Source: a virus
Lineage: Duplodnaviria; Heunggongvirae; Uroviricota; Caudoviricetes
Length of the DNA stretch: 40,933 nucleotides
Virus record (IMG/VR): IMGVR_UViG_2563366852_000006
Span: 1-40,933 of that record
Strand: one strand, 5' to 3'
The position numbers and the translations under genes were made by a program. Of this stretch, positions 1 through 8,870 are shown one piece after another (position 1 is the first letter of the stretch; each line of letters starts with the position of its first letter). Under the pieces are notes generated by a model. That model was not told where the DNA came from, ran no database searches, and saw only the letters and a program-made list of their open reading frames with translations.

Positions 1-330
1 TTGCCTCCCCCCCGTTGATGGGTAAAATAGCCGCAATTTTTCGTTTTCAACAAGCGCGGCGCGATGCCGCTTACTCAAGAAGAAAGAATTATGACGTTGT
101 CTCCTTATTTGCAAGAGGTGGCGAAGCGCCGCACTTTTGCCATTATTTCTCACCCCAATAATTAAGCCCAAATTAAAGCTCTTTCACTCTTTCAAAATCC
201 TTTCAGTTAATTGAGATTGAGCTATATAACTCATTTAAATACATTTAGTTATGTGGCTTCTTTAATTGAAAATTCTTTCATGTAACTTTAAATCGATCTG
301 CTTGCTTTCATCAAAAATCTGTACATATGC

Positions 331-347
331 TTGTACATAATGTACAA
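331..347. promoter_or_regulatory. Perfect inverted repeat TTGTACA-TAA-TGTACAA upstream of the integrase; further TGTACA copies at 320-325 and 371-376
   Basis: Read directly from the sequence. The TGTAC half-site recurs in the cI-cro intergenic palindrome at 8002-8019. Confidence 0.35.
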
Positions 348-385
348 AGCAGCAGAGGTGTTTTGCGATTTGTACAAGGTGAGTA

Positions 386-1609
386 ATGGCGCTGTCTGAT
401 GCGTGGTTGCGTTCAGTCGTTGGAAAGGAACGTGATAAGGTTTTGGTTAAATCCGATCGTGATGGTCTGTCTGTCAGAGTATCACCGAAAGGTCGCGTAG
501 TGTTCCAATATCGTTATCAATGGGCAGGGAAAGGTGAGCGTCTTGATATCGGAACTTACCCAGCAACTGGATTAAAAGAGGCCAGAGAAGAAGTTATCCG
601 TCTCCGTGGTGAACTCGAGTCAAACCGTAATCCACGATTGGTCAAGCAGGCTGAAAAACGAAAAGCTACTGAAGCCATGACGGTAGAGTCTGTGATCCGT
701 GCCTGGTATGAAGCATATTGTGTAAAAAATAAAAAAGGCTCTGAACAGATACTCCGCTCGTTTGAGCTGCACCTGTTCTCTAAAATCGGGAATATCCCTC
801 ACGATGCAGCTACATTGCATGATTGGTTAGAAGTCCTGGAGCCTCTTAGCACTAAGACTCCAGCAATAGCAGACCGATTGCTAATTAACGCAAAGCAGGC
901 CCATGTCTGGGCGTATAAGAGAAAGCTCATTGAAACTCGCCCGCTGTCGGATATCACGGGTAAAGATATGGATATCCGTAAAGGTCAGAAGAAACGGTTT
1001 CTGACACATGATGAAATTAAAATCCTTTATGCTGCGATCGATGGTTCTCGAATGGTTCCTAAATACCGGGCCTTCATTAAACTATTGCTGCATTTTGGCT
1101 GCCGTAGTTCAGAGCTAATTACCGCCAGGGTGGACGATTTTGATTTCATTAATAAAGTATGGACTGTACCACCAGAACGACATAAGACTGGGGAGATAAC
1201 GGGCGAACCGCTAAAGCGGCCCATTATTGAACCGGTTGAAGAGCTTATAAAGTACGCTATTTCTATGAACAATGGTTCCGATATGCTTTTTACTAAGGAA
1301 GGAAGCAGGGAACCCGTTGGTCGGACATCATTGCAGTCGCTGCCTTACAATTTAATGCAGTATGCATGGCGGCGTTTGGGGTATCAATTCCCTCATTGGT
1401 CTCTGCATGATTTGAGGCGAACAGCACGAACAAACTTTTCTGATCTTACTGCGCCTCATATCGCAGAAATAATGCTCGGTCATAAACTGCCGGGGGTATG
1501 GCAAGTTTATGACAAGAGTGATTATTTAGAAGAACAGCGTAAAGCCTACCAGGCATGGTGGGAGAGAGTTGAATCGATTGTTACTTGTTCTGGTTCAGAC
1601 ACCAACTGA
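386..1609 (+). CDS. int: Tyrosine recombinase (phage integrase)
   Basis: 407 aa ORF with an N-terminal arm-binding-type region and a C-terminal catalytic region containing HDLRRTARTN and a downstream Tyr (VYDKSDYL); sits at the prophage edge next to an AT-rich putative att region. Confidence 0.85.
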   Translation: MALSDAWLRSVVGKERDKVLVKSDRDGLSVRVSPKGRVVFQYRYQWAGKGERLDIGTYPATGLKEAREEVIRLRGELESNRNPRLVKQAEKRKATEAMTVESVIRAWYEAYCVKNKKGSEQILRSFELHLFSKIGNIPHDAATLHDWLEVLEPLSTKTPAIADRLLINAKQAHVWAYKRKLIETRPLSDITGKDMDIRKGQKKRFLTHDEIKILYAAIDGSRMVPKYRAFIKLLLHFGCRSSELITARVDDFDFINKVWTVPPERHKTGEITGEPLKRPIIEPVEELIKYAISMNNGSDMLFTKEGSREPVGRTSLQSLPYNLMQYAWRRLGYQFPHWSLHDLRRTARTNFSDLTAPHIAEIMLGHKLPGVWQVYDKSDYLEEQRKAYQAWWERVESIVTCSGSDTN

Positions 1610-1781
1610 CAGTTTGCATATTTTGAACGCAATAAAATATGACAGTCCGCTTTGAGCGAGGAGCGGATATATGATGTTTAGAAAACGCGCGATTTGCAGT
1701 TAAGCAATCTAAGTTACTGATGTACTATACTGGAACTGCTGGCCAGTTTGTGTTGAACACCATCATTATCACAATAAGGAA

Positions 1782-3035
1782 ATGAAAGTTGAAATGAATA
1801 CTAAACTTTTGGCCTATTTAAACAATGAGTTACATGGAGTGTGGGTAGATAGTGAAAATCGTAATATCCACATAATACTTAAATCAAGCCTTCCTATAAT
1901 TAAATCCGTCTGGTCAGGAGCACCTATCCACTTTTTGGTAGGTTTATCTACTAAAAATATACTAGTGATTGGGATGTTGATTGAAGATAATGTCGATAAT
2001 CCATTTTTACTAGCCTATCCACCAAGAGAGGCAGATGAAATTAAAGGGCTGGATTTGTTATTGTCAGGCGCTTATGATGGTATTCTATTATCATTTTTTG
2101 ACTCGCATACAATGCGTGTTATGGACCTGAAAATAAAAGTTTCGGAAAATTTACCGTGTGAATGTTTAAAAAAATTTTGTGCTAATTCATATTCTCTCAA
2201 TTCAGGATTTAGGGAAGGTAATGAAGCAATGGATGAATTCTGCAACAATGCTTTGACTGGTAACGAGAAAATAATTAGTCTGCCACTAAGTGTAATCGAT
2301 AAAAAATCTTACCTAGCAAGTGTTCATGAACCAAACGATACCGTATTAACATATGAATTTAGCGTCAGTGAAAACGGCTCTGAGGGATATGAGCAGGAAG
2401 CTCTTATATACCATGCTTTGCGGCAGGTCTTTTCAACGGAGGAAGTGTTTTTTTCTCCAGATATTATTGAGGGTAATAAAAAAAGAGAACTAGTTGATAT
2501 TCTTATTGTAGAAAATGACTATGTATTATCTATACAGTCTAAAGCATCATCTTTGATTGAAATGGGTTTGAAATCTCATGAAAAGCTTTGTAGCATGTAT
2601 AAGAAAAAAGCATTGCAAGGGATCGATCAGGTTAAAGGCGTTATCCCAATTCTAAATAATGATGTGGTTATTAATTATGACGGGAGGGAATGCTTAATAA
2701 AGCGCAGAAAGGGTATTTATCATTTAGTGATAATCTCAGATCTTGTTTTAGAGAAAGAAGGTGCTGAAAAGATTTATAACGAAATTAGCAACCTTAAAGA
2801 GTCAAAAGGGGCGAAAGTTTTAGTTATGAGCCTTGAAGGTCTTGTAAATTTTATAAGACTATCAAGATTAAATAAAAGAATGTTTTGGGCAATGCTGGAG
2901 GCTAAATACAAGTTCAGCATAAAAAACCGTACAATTTTAATTAGAGATATCGACTCTAGCCAAGAGAATAATCTACCATTACTTGCCACTGATCAATACC
3001 TATCACTTCTTCGAGGTACGGGAAAATTAAAATAA
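1782..3035 (+). CDS. Hypothetical protein, AT-rich cargo gene between integrase and the early operon terminator
   Basis: 417 aa uninterrupted ORF, visibly AT-rich compared with flanking phage genes. RBS AAGGA lies just before the 1782 ATG; an alternative ATG is at 1794. No family recognised by eye; a possible E...PD...QxK-like stretch (EQEAL...SPDIIEG...VLSIQSK) is unverified. Confidence 0.6.
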   Translation: MKVEMNTKLLAYLNNELHGVWVDSENRNIHIILKSSLPIIKSVWSGAPIHFLVGLSTKNILVIGMLIEDNVDNPFLLAYPPREADEIKGLDLLLSGAYDGILLSFFDSHTMRVMDLKIKVSENLPCECLKKFCANSYSLNSGFREGNEAMDEFCNNALTGNEKIISLPLSVIDKKSYLASVHEPNDTVLTYEFSVSENGSEGYEQEALIYHALRQVFSTEEVFFSPDIIEGNKKRELVDILIVENDYVLSIQSKASSLIEMGLKSHEKLCSMYKKKALQGIDQVKGVIPILNNDVVINYDGRECLIKRRKGIYHLVIISDLVLEKEGAEKIYNEISNLKESKGAKVLVMSLEGLVNFIRLSRLNKRMFWAMLEAKYKFSIKNRTILIRDIDSSQENNLPLLATDQYLSLLRGTGKLK

Positions 3036-3220
3036 ATTGTATCAATGATACTGTTGCCACGTATCGAGACTGGCTTATGAACGGAAGGGTTTTCCAGCAG
3101 TTCAGCGACCGGAGCTGCACATCGATGCCGGATTGTGCCTGCAATTATGTACTTGGCTAAGAGGTGCTGCTGGCTCTGGATAGAATAACCCTAACGTCCA
3201 AAGAGCGCGCATTTTCATGT

Positions 3221-3263
3221 AAAAAAATAAATAGCTTGTCTGCTCTTGATACAGAGCAGACAG
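3221..3263 (-). terminator. Rho-independent terminator at the end of the leftward early operon
   Basis: Hairpin TTGTCTGCTC-TTGATACA-GAGCAGACA (3236-3263) followed on the minus strand by a T-run (plus-strand A-run 3221-3229), just downstream of the xis-like gene. Confidence 0.55.
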
Positions 3264-3320
3264 TCAGATCTGTTTGGCTTGTGCCATAGATGTGCCAGCT
3301 CACATTTGAGCTAATGTTTG

Positions 3321-3518
3321 TTACTCAATTACTCCTGCAAACCTGTATATCTTACGTGATGCCCATTTATTTGGGCAGGATTTAATATCAGGATCTGGAA
3401 AATCAGGCCGATATTTCTGACCAGTCCTCCGGTTTACACTGTTCCAGCGAAGCACCGTCGATATTGAAACGCCACAGAATTCGGCGACTTGTTTTGTTGT
3501 CATTAAGTTGTTCATTGT
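3321..3518 (-). CDS. xis: Excisionase / AlpA-family HTH protein
   Basis: Internal start MNNLMTTKQVAEFCGVSISTVLRW is a typical AlpA/Xis HTH. Start re-chosen at 3518 because the track's longer N-terminus overlaps the upstream gene and looks non-coding. Confidence 0.6.
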   Translation of the reverse strand, partial: TMNNLMTTKQVAEFCGVSISTVLRWNSVNRRTGQKYRPDFPDPDIKSCPNKWASRKIYRFAGVIE

Positions 3519-3859
3519 TGACCCTCCTGTGGTTGTGCAGTTGAAAGACTCATGCCAGCGCGTTGTTTCCAGACGACCCAGCCGAGAGCCATATCCCACG
3601 CCATGTACTCGTTATCACCGTTTTTTGCTCTCCGACGATCGACTGTTTTACCGAAACGCTTTTCCATAAATAATTCATAGGCTGCGCGTTCATCTGGCTC
3701 AACTTCCAGAGATGCCAGTGCAATCCGTGCCAGTTCTAAATCATCTTCAAGCTCAGCGCGAATCTCAGCGAATGCACTCTGTGTTAAGGCGAACTCAATG
3801 CTCTGCACTTTATTCCGTGCGCGCTCAAGCAGTGCATGGTAGTTAATTTCGGTTGTCAT
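3512..3859 (-). CDS. Hypothetical phage early protein
   Basis: 115 aa ORF tightly packed in the leftward operon (stop/start overlaps with its neighbours); acidic and helical-looking; no motif recognised. Confidence 0.5.
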   Translation of the reverse strand: MTTEINYHALLERARNKVQSIEFALTQSAFAEIRAELEDDLELARIALASLEVEPDERAAYELFMEKRFGKTVDRRRAKNGDNEYMAWDMALGWVVWKQRAGMSLSTAQPQEGQQ

Positions 3860-4734
3860 ACCCCTACCTCTTCGAATTTTAATTCCAATTGATCACCCCA
3901 GATTTCACATGACTCTGAACACGAGCCGGTATCGAATCGCCTGGCCTGTACCATCGCCTGATACAAATTTCTGTAGTCGCTGTTGGCAGACATTCTGGCA
4001 ATTCCGTCAAGCGTCAGGTGACCACGGTACATAACGTCTTTACCTGTTCTGCGATGACCATCCCTGACGTGTTTGCCTGTAACCAGCTCATTAAAAACTC
4101 GCATCAGACCAGGTTCGTCTTTACATGCAAGCCCCAGCTTTTGCGTTGACTTTTTGATGCAGAAAACACAGTTCCCGAGATGCTCCGGGATTTGCAAATC
4201 AAAAGGTTGTTTTCGCCACCACCGGATAACATCCGACTTATCAAAATCTGACAGTTCGGCAAGATACCGGATGCCCGATTTCGGTTTCAGCCTACGGGGT
4301 TCGTCTGCACGAATACCCAGCCATGTGATGTAATTACCTCGCCCGAAATGGTTATCGCAGTATTTCGTGAAAGGGATGAGTTTTAGCCTGTCAGTACAGA
4401 ACGCGCCACCGATGTATGGCGTGCCGTACTTTTTAACCATGTCCATAAACGGTTTAAGTACCGGCATTCGCGTCTGAATATCCTTTGGCTCCCATTCTGT
4501 ATAACCATTTGGCTGCCCAAGCTCAGGATTGATATCGACCTGCAACACAGTTAGTGGTATGCCCCAGAACTTCACAACCTCCCGAATAAAGCGGTATGTC
4601 AGCGGATGTTCGCAACCGGTATCCATAAAGATGTAGCAGACGTTATTGCCAGCCTTTCTTTGTTCTTCCATCAGGTGAACAAGATATGCGGATGTTCTCC
4701 CGCCAGAAAAACTAACTACATGAGTTATGCACAT
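3856..4734 (-). CDS. PAPS reductase-like PP-loop family protein
   Basis: Contains VSFSGGRTSAYL, an SGGxDS-type PP-loop, near the N-terminus. Start chosen at MCITHVV (4734), which overlaps the upstream HD gene stop by 10 nt; the track's longer start at 4851 is the alternative. Confidence 0.7.
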   Translation of the reverse strand: MCITHVVSFSGGRTSAYLVHLMEEQRKAGNNVCYIFMDTGCEHPLTYRFIREVVKFWGIPLTVLQVDINPELGQPNGYTEWEPKDIQTRMPVLKPFMDMVKKYGTPYIGGAFCTDRLKLIPFTKYCDNHFGRGNYITWLGIRADEPRRLKPKSGIRYLAELSDFDKSDVIRWWRKQPFDLQIPEHLGNCVFCIKKSTQKLGLACKDEPGLMRVFNELVTGKHVRDGHRRTGKDVMYRGHLTLDGIARMSANSDYRNLYQAMVQARRFDTGSCSESCEIWGDQLELKFEEVGV

Positions 4735-5261
4735 TTGCGTAATTCCGATAACTCGTTGAAGCGTTCCATAAACATCCCGTAGGCATGGCCCGGTGCCAGT
4801 GGAATAACTTTGAACATCTCTGTTGCCGGGATACCTTCCAGTACAGGCCATAAAGAGCCATCATCAAGCCCGAGATCACGGCGTTCGGTTGCCAGCATGA
4901 TTAGATCGGCATATTTCACAGGCGTGCTCATAACCGGGGGCAACTCGTATTTCTCACGGATTACTGCATCTATTTTTTCTTCCATCCGTTTATAGTCAGG
5001 AAGAAGGCGTTTCAGTGGTGCGGGGATGTCCTGGCAATACGCTTCTGTTGCATCATGCATTAACGCTTCAAAAGCAAATTCCTGCGGCACCAGCTGGCTG
5101 CAAAGCACCGCATGTTGGGCGACGCTGTAGAAGTGAGAAAGATGACCGGCAAAGCGGCAGATATTTGAAAGGGAAACCGCGATATCGTTAATCACGATGT
5201 CGTCTTTATTTATCCTGTCATAATAAAAATGCTTCCCGGAAAAAGTTTTAATAAATGACAT
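4725..5261 (-). CDS. HD-domain phosphohydrolase (YfdR-like 5'-deoxynucleotidase family)
   Basis: His...HD...D pattern (FAGHLSHF...EALMHDATEAY). Start at MSFIKTF (5261) is preceded by GGAGAACAAA RBS; the upstream ATG at 5288 has no RBS. Confidence 0.65.
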   Translation of the reverse strand: MSFIKTFSGKHFYYDRINKDDIVINDIAVSLSNICRFAGHLSHFYSVAQHAVLCSQLVPQEFAFEALMHDATEAYCQDIPAPLKRLLPDYKRMEEKIDAVIREKYELPPVMSTPVKYADLIMLATERRDLGLDDGSLWPVLEGIPATEMFKVIPLAPGHAYGMFMERFNELSELRKCA

Positions 5262-5388
5262 TTTGTTCTCCACGTATATGCGCTGCACCGCGCTGAATTT
5301 GGGTAAAAGGAAGCCCTCACCATCCGGTGATTATTGAGTTAATTACGTTTCCATAAATGCCCCTGCAGGGGCATTTGCAGTAATGAAA

Positions 5389-6213
5389 TCAGGCGGTGAA
5401 AGTACCAATAAAGGTTTCTACTTTGCTGTCTTTGAATTTCTCAACAAGCAGATCACGAAATTCGTTAGCCATATCTTCCTGCACCGCTTCCAGCTGAATA
5501 ATGCGCAGAACCAGTACAGGACGATCGCCAGTGATAATGCTGAGGCGTAATTTAAACGGACGTTCTTTCAGACCTTCAAACGGAACGCATTTAAATTCAA
5601 ATGCCACTGGCATAATGTCTTTGGTCTTCGCTTCGACAGATTCCATCAGGGAGCGTTTGCCGCTGAAGTCATTATCTTCAAAATCAGCGGTCTGGTTTGC
5701 TTCAATCGTGATTTTACGGATTGCCGCAGCCGCTTTTGTTGCCTGAATGGCGTCACCATTAGCATCAAAGCCCACAAGGTAGTCGGCCCAGTCTTCAATC
5801 CATTCTGCCAGTGATTTCTGGGAGTTACGCTCGCCGTTAACAGACAACAGGGCAGAGAACGGTGCTGTCTTTTTCAGTTTGAGAGTGGCGGTGTTATCTG
5901 CGTGACCTGGTTCATCAATAGTACCCAGGTTAAGCACACTGACGGCACGCATATTATCAGCATCGATAAAGCAGCGGGTGCCTTCATCTGCAAGATCTTT
6001 AGAATAACGGGTAAAGTCATCGATGCTGGCAGTGGAAAGCGCACCACGGAAACGGAAGCGATTTAAATTAAATTTTTCCAGATCATGAATGCGGAAATTC
6101 TCAGGCAATGCCACAGCATCGGCACCAATCTTACTGATAATTTCATTAACACCCTGAGCAGAAATAAGGGCATGGATTTGATTAATTGCGGTTGCGTCTA
6201 AGTTCTGAGACAT
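5389..6213 (-). CDS. DUF2303 / YfdQ-like phage protein
   Basis: 274 aa ORF; size and gene order (120 aa, 274 aa, 178 aa HD) recall the yfdP-yfdQ-yfdR arrangement of E. coli CPS-53. This is from memory, not a search. Confidence 0.5.
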
Positions 6214-6278
6214 AATAAGTCCTCACTATATTAAGATATTCAGTGATGAGATAAATAATCAGTTAATTAAGAACGATA

Positions 6279-6641
6279 TTAATGACCTGCTGCGCGGAGT
6301 TTTCCGTCAGGCTCACCGGCAAGAGTCAGTAATTGTCCCTGGTCTTCCTGCAGAATAGTCAGGCGACCACCGCGATTGACATACATCGGCGTTTCGGTGG
6401 TGTCTTCTTCGGAAATTTTCCCACGGTTAGTCGGGCGAACATATGAGAGTTTGTGTTTGATTTTCACACGGTTCTCATCAAATGGTTCGATTTCCAGGTT
6501 GAGTGAGACCTTACCTTTGGTTTTCGTGTTCATCACACCGGAAGCGACTTCACTGAGAACTGCGCCGATTTTGGTTTCAAATACGCCGCCGTCCAGCTCC
6601 CCGATAAATGCCTGCACATCAGTACTGCGTTCACTAGCCAT
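6279..6641 (-). CDS. Hypothetical early protein (120 aa), first gene of the leftward operon
   Basis: Start re-chosen at MASERST (6641) with GAGGAG RBS upstream; the track's N-terminal extension to 6872 is Cys/Arg-rich and looks non-coding. Confidence 0.55.
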   Translation of the reverse strand: MASERSTDVQAFIGELDGGVFETKIGAVLSEVASGVMNTKTKGKVSLNLEIEPFDENRVKIKHKLSYVRPTNRGKISEEDTTETPMYVNRGGRLTILQEDQGQLLTLAGEPDGKLRAAGH

Positions 6642-6689
6642 TTTGCTGCTCCTCATCATATCGACCCTGCAAGGTCGGTTAGTTTCTCC

Positions 6690-6778
6690 ACAAAACAGAG
6701 AAGAACACCTGCGGTGGCAGCCGCCCGGATGGATTGGGTTATGAGCCCGTCGTCCGATGATGTTCTTCTCTGTTTTGT
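6690..6778. repeat. 18-bp perfect inverted repeat (ACAAAACAGAGAAGAACA / TGTTCTTCTCTGTTTTGT) with a 53-nt GC-rich spacer, in the leader of the leftward operon
   Basis: Arms at 6690-6707 and 6761-6778 are exact reverse complements. The spacer contains a nested GCGG-TGGCAG-CCGC hairpin. No credible ORF covers it. Confidence 0.6.
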
Positions 6779-7236
6779 AAAAAGAGCGGTACCAGCCGGA
6801 AGCAAGTGTACAAACTGGTACCGCCAAAGCAGTGGCTGTTGTGGTGGGGTTGTCACTCAGGCGTATGGTCAACCTGACAATCCGGTGTCCTCAACGGGGA
6901 AAGAGTAACCCCGCCATACTTACCGCCGCGCCATTTCGCGGATTACCACAACGCTGAGAGCACTTAGCCAGTTACGGCACCACACTTTGTCGCGGTTCCA
7001 TAAATGCCCTCATCGTTGCACCCTGGTCTCTTCCCAGGCGTCAAACCGAATCGCCACGCTGGTTAGGCGTCTTATCAGCATCATCATTGACTTGCACATT
7101 CCGGCTACCTGGTTTGTTTGCCCGAGCAAGGAGTGGATTATCCCCTTTAACGTCACCAGACCGCTAACGACGCATGTGCCATACGCCGTGTTACAACCAA
7201 ATTTTGTTTTAATCTTGCCTGTGTTATGTTTCTTTT

Positions 7237-7253
7237 AGATACATTATGTATCT
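7237..7253. promoter_or_regulatory. Palindrome AGATACA-TTA-TGTATCT, candidate operator or promoter element (oL-like position)
   Basis: Perfect inverted repeat in the 670-bp non-coding region between cI and the leftward operon, followed by GGTACATTGTCAAG. Confidence 0.3.
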
Positions 7254-7273
7254 CATGGGTACATTGTCAAGCA

Positions 7274-7297
7274 TAAAAAAACCTGCCGAAGCAGGTT
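7274..7297 (-). terminator. Rho-independent terminator downstream of cI
   Basis: Hairpin ACCTGC-CGAA-GCAGGT (7281-7296) followed on the minus strand by a T-run (plus-strand AAAAAAA 7274-7280), immediately after the cI stop. Confidence 0.6.
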
Positions 7298-7309
7298 CAT
7301 AAATATTGA

Positions 7310-7984
7310 TTAGGCCTTTATTGTGTATCTTCTTGGTTTTCCCGAGAAAATCACTGTACCAATTATAGAGCAATTACCGTTAATCTTAATGTAAGGCTCA
7401 GGCCAGTTTGGGTTTAATGCTTTGAGATAACGCTGTGTTCCATCTTCTATCAACCGCTTGAAGGTGGTTTCGCCTGAATCGTGCATCAATGCAATAACGT
7501 CGTCACCGTGGCAGGCAGGGACTTCAGGATCTACAAAAATCATGTCTCCCGGGCGGTACTCATCAATCATTGAATCACCAATCACCCGCAAGATATAAGT
7601 CATTTCGCCACAGGGTACAGGGCAGGGATAAGTTTCTGCTGTGCTCAAATCAACCTCAGAATAGCCAACTTCTTTCCATGCTCCGGCCTGTACCCATGAT
7701 ATGACAGGGACTAACGTTATTTGTTTGTTAGTAATTGAAACATCAGGTTTTTTTGTGATGTTTGTTGTCTGGTGTTCTTGATCAAGCCATCCGACAGGCA
7801 GGTCGAAACATTTTTCGATGTGCCGTGCCATGCTGTCACCGATATTTTTAGTAGCACCATCTCCCATAAACCTGCTGGTCTGGGTTGGCTCGCGATCAAT
7901 CATGGTGGCAAAGGAAGAATTCCCGCCAACACCATCTCTCAGTTTTCTGGCGTTAGACCGCCGGATGTCATGGACTGTTTTCAT
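7310..7984 (-). CDS. cI: CI-type prophage repressor (LexA-like S24 peptidase domain)
   Basis: C-terminal S24 autoprotease signature (ILRVIGDSM ... TTFKRL); divergent from a cro-like gene across an operator-bearing intergenic region. Confidence 0.85.
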   Translation of the reverse strand: MKTVHDIRRSNARKLRDGVGGNSSFATMIDREPTQTSRFMGDGATKNIGDSMARHIEKCFDLPVGWLDQEHQTTNITKKPDVSITNKQITLVPVISWVQAGAWKEVGYSEVDLSTAETYPCPVPCGEMTYILRVIGDSMIDEYRPGDMIFVDPEVPACHGDDVIALMHDSGETTFKRLIEDGTQRYLKALNPNWPEPYIKINGNCSIIGTVIFSGKPRRYTIKA

Positions 7985-8001
7985 AACGAAATTAAAACCT
8001 T

Positions 8002-8019
8002 TGTACCGATAGGGTACAA
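8002..8019. promoter_or_regulatory. Operator-like palindrome TTGTACC-N4-GGTACAA in the cI-cro intergenic region
   Basis: Inverted repeat between the divergent cI and cro starts; a second partial palindrome TACA-TAT-TGTA overlaps the cro RBS near 8063-8074. Confidence 0.5.
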
Positions 8020-8074
8020 GTATCTTGAAGGTTCATCTCAATCATGTAATATGTATATTGGAGGTACATATTGT

Positions 8075-8275
8075 ATGAAAGCGTATTGGGACTCTTTAAC
8101 CAAAGAACAGCAGGGCGAGTTGGCCGGAAAAGTTGGCTCAACACCAGGCTACTTACGGCTGGTTTTCAATGGTTATAAAAAAGCCAGTTTTGTGCTGGCT
8201 AAAAAACTTGAGCAATGCACGTCAGGTGCAATTACGAAATCTGACTTAAGACCGGATATCTATCCGAAAGATTAA
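8075..8275 (+). CDS. cro: Cro-like HTH regulator (YdaS-type)
   Basis: 66 aa; GGAGG RBS 7 nt upstream of the ATG at 8075; HTH-like LAGKVGSTPGYLRLV and C-terminal ITKSDLRPD. The track ORF from 7772 is antisense to cI and is rejected as the start. Confidence 0.7.
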   Translation: MKAYWDSLTKEQQGELAGKVGSTPGYLRLVFNGYKKASFVLAKKLEQCTSGAITKSDLRPDIYPKD

Positions 8276-8306
8276 CAGAACACCTTCAATTTTTAACCAC
8301 AGAACG

Positions 8307-8870
8307 ATGAGGCTAACCGTGGGTAAGCATCACTGGAAAGTAGAAAAACAGCCTGAGTGGTACGTGAAAGCTGTCAGAAAAACTATCGCGGCGTTGCCGG
8401 GGGGGTACGCTGAAGCTGCTGAGTGGCTGGATGTAACAGAGAACGCTTTATTCAACCGCCTTCGTGCAGATGGCGATCAGATTTTCCCGCTGGGATGGGC
8501 AATGATTTTACAGCGCGCGGCTGGCACTCACTACATTGCGGATGCTGTCGCACAGTCTGCTGGTGGGGTGTTTGTATCGCTTCCTGAAATTGAGGAAGTA
8601 GAGAACGCCGATATAAACCAGCGCCTGCTGGAAGTCATCGAACAGATCGGGAGTTACTCAAAGCAGATTCGTTCGGCAATCGAAGACGGGGTAGTGGAGC
8701 CACACGAGCAGACAGCAATTAATGATGAGTTGTATCTGTCAATTTCGAAGCTCCAGGAGCATGCAGCACTGGTCTACAAAATCTTTTGCGCTCCAGAAAA
8801 GAGTGACGCCCGCGAGTGTGCAGCTCCGGGCGTCGTGGCGTTTTGTGTCTGTGGAGAAACTAACGCATGA
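8307..8870 (+). CDS. CII-like phage regulatory protein (CP76-type), tentative
   Basis: 187 aa directly downstream of cro; HTH-like LDVTENALFNRLR then an acidic helical region. Family call is from memory. Confidence 0.4.
   Translation: MRLTVGKHHWKVEKQPEWYVKAVRKTIAALPGGYAEAAEWLDVTENALFNRLRADGDQIFPLGWAMILQRAAGTHYIADAVAQSAGGVFVSLPEIEEVENADINQRLLEVIEQIGSYSKQIRSAIEDGVVEPHEQTAINDELYLSISKLQEHAALVYKIFCAPEKSDARECAAPGVVAFCVCGETNA

Noticed and set aside
3036-3100. Short palindrome GTATCA-A-TGATAC after the orphan gene, considered as its terminator
   Set aside because: Stem is short and AT-rich with no following T-run; not convincing as an intrinsic terminator.
6642-6872. N-terminal extension of ORF 6279-6872
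   Set aside because: Cys/Arg-rich, no RBS, and contains the long inverted repeat; the internal Met at 6641 with a GAGGAG RBS is the credible start.
6987-7238. 83-aa plus-strand ORF in the cI-distal non-coding region
   Set aside because: No RBS and a Cys/His/Arg-rich low-complexity translation; the region is more plausibly regulatory.
7772-8074. N-terminal 100 codons of the 167-aa track ORF 7772-8275
   Set aside because: This part is antisense to cI and has no RBS; the real gene is the cro-like 3' portion starting at 8075 after a GGAGG RBS.
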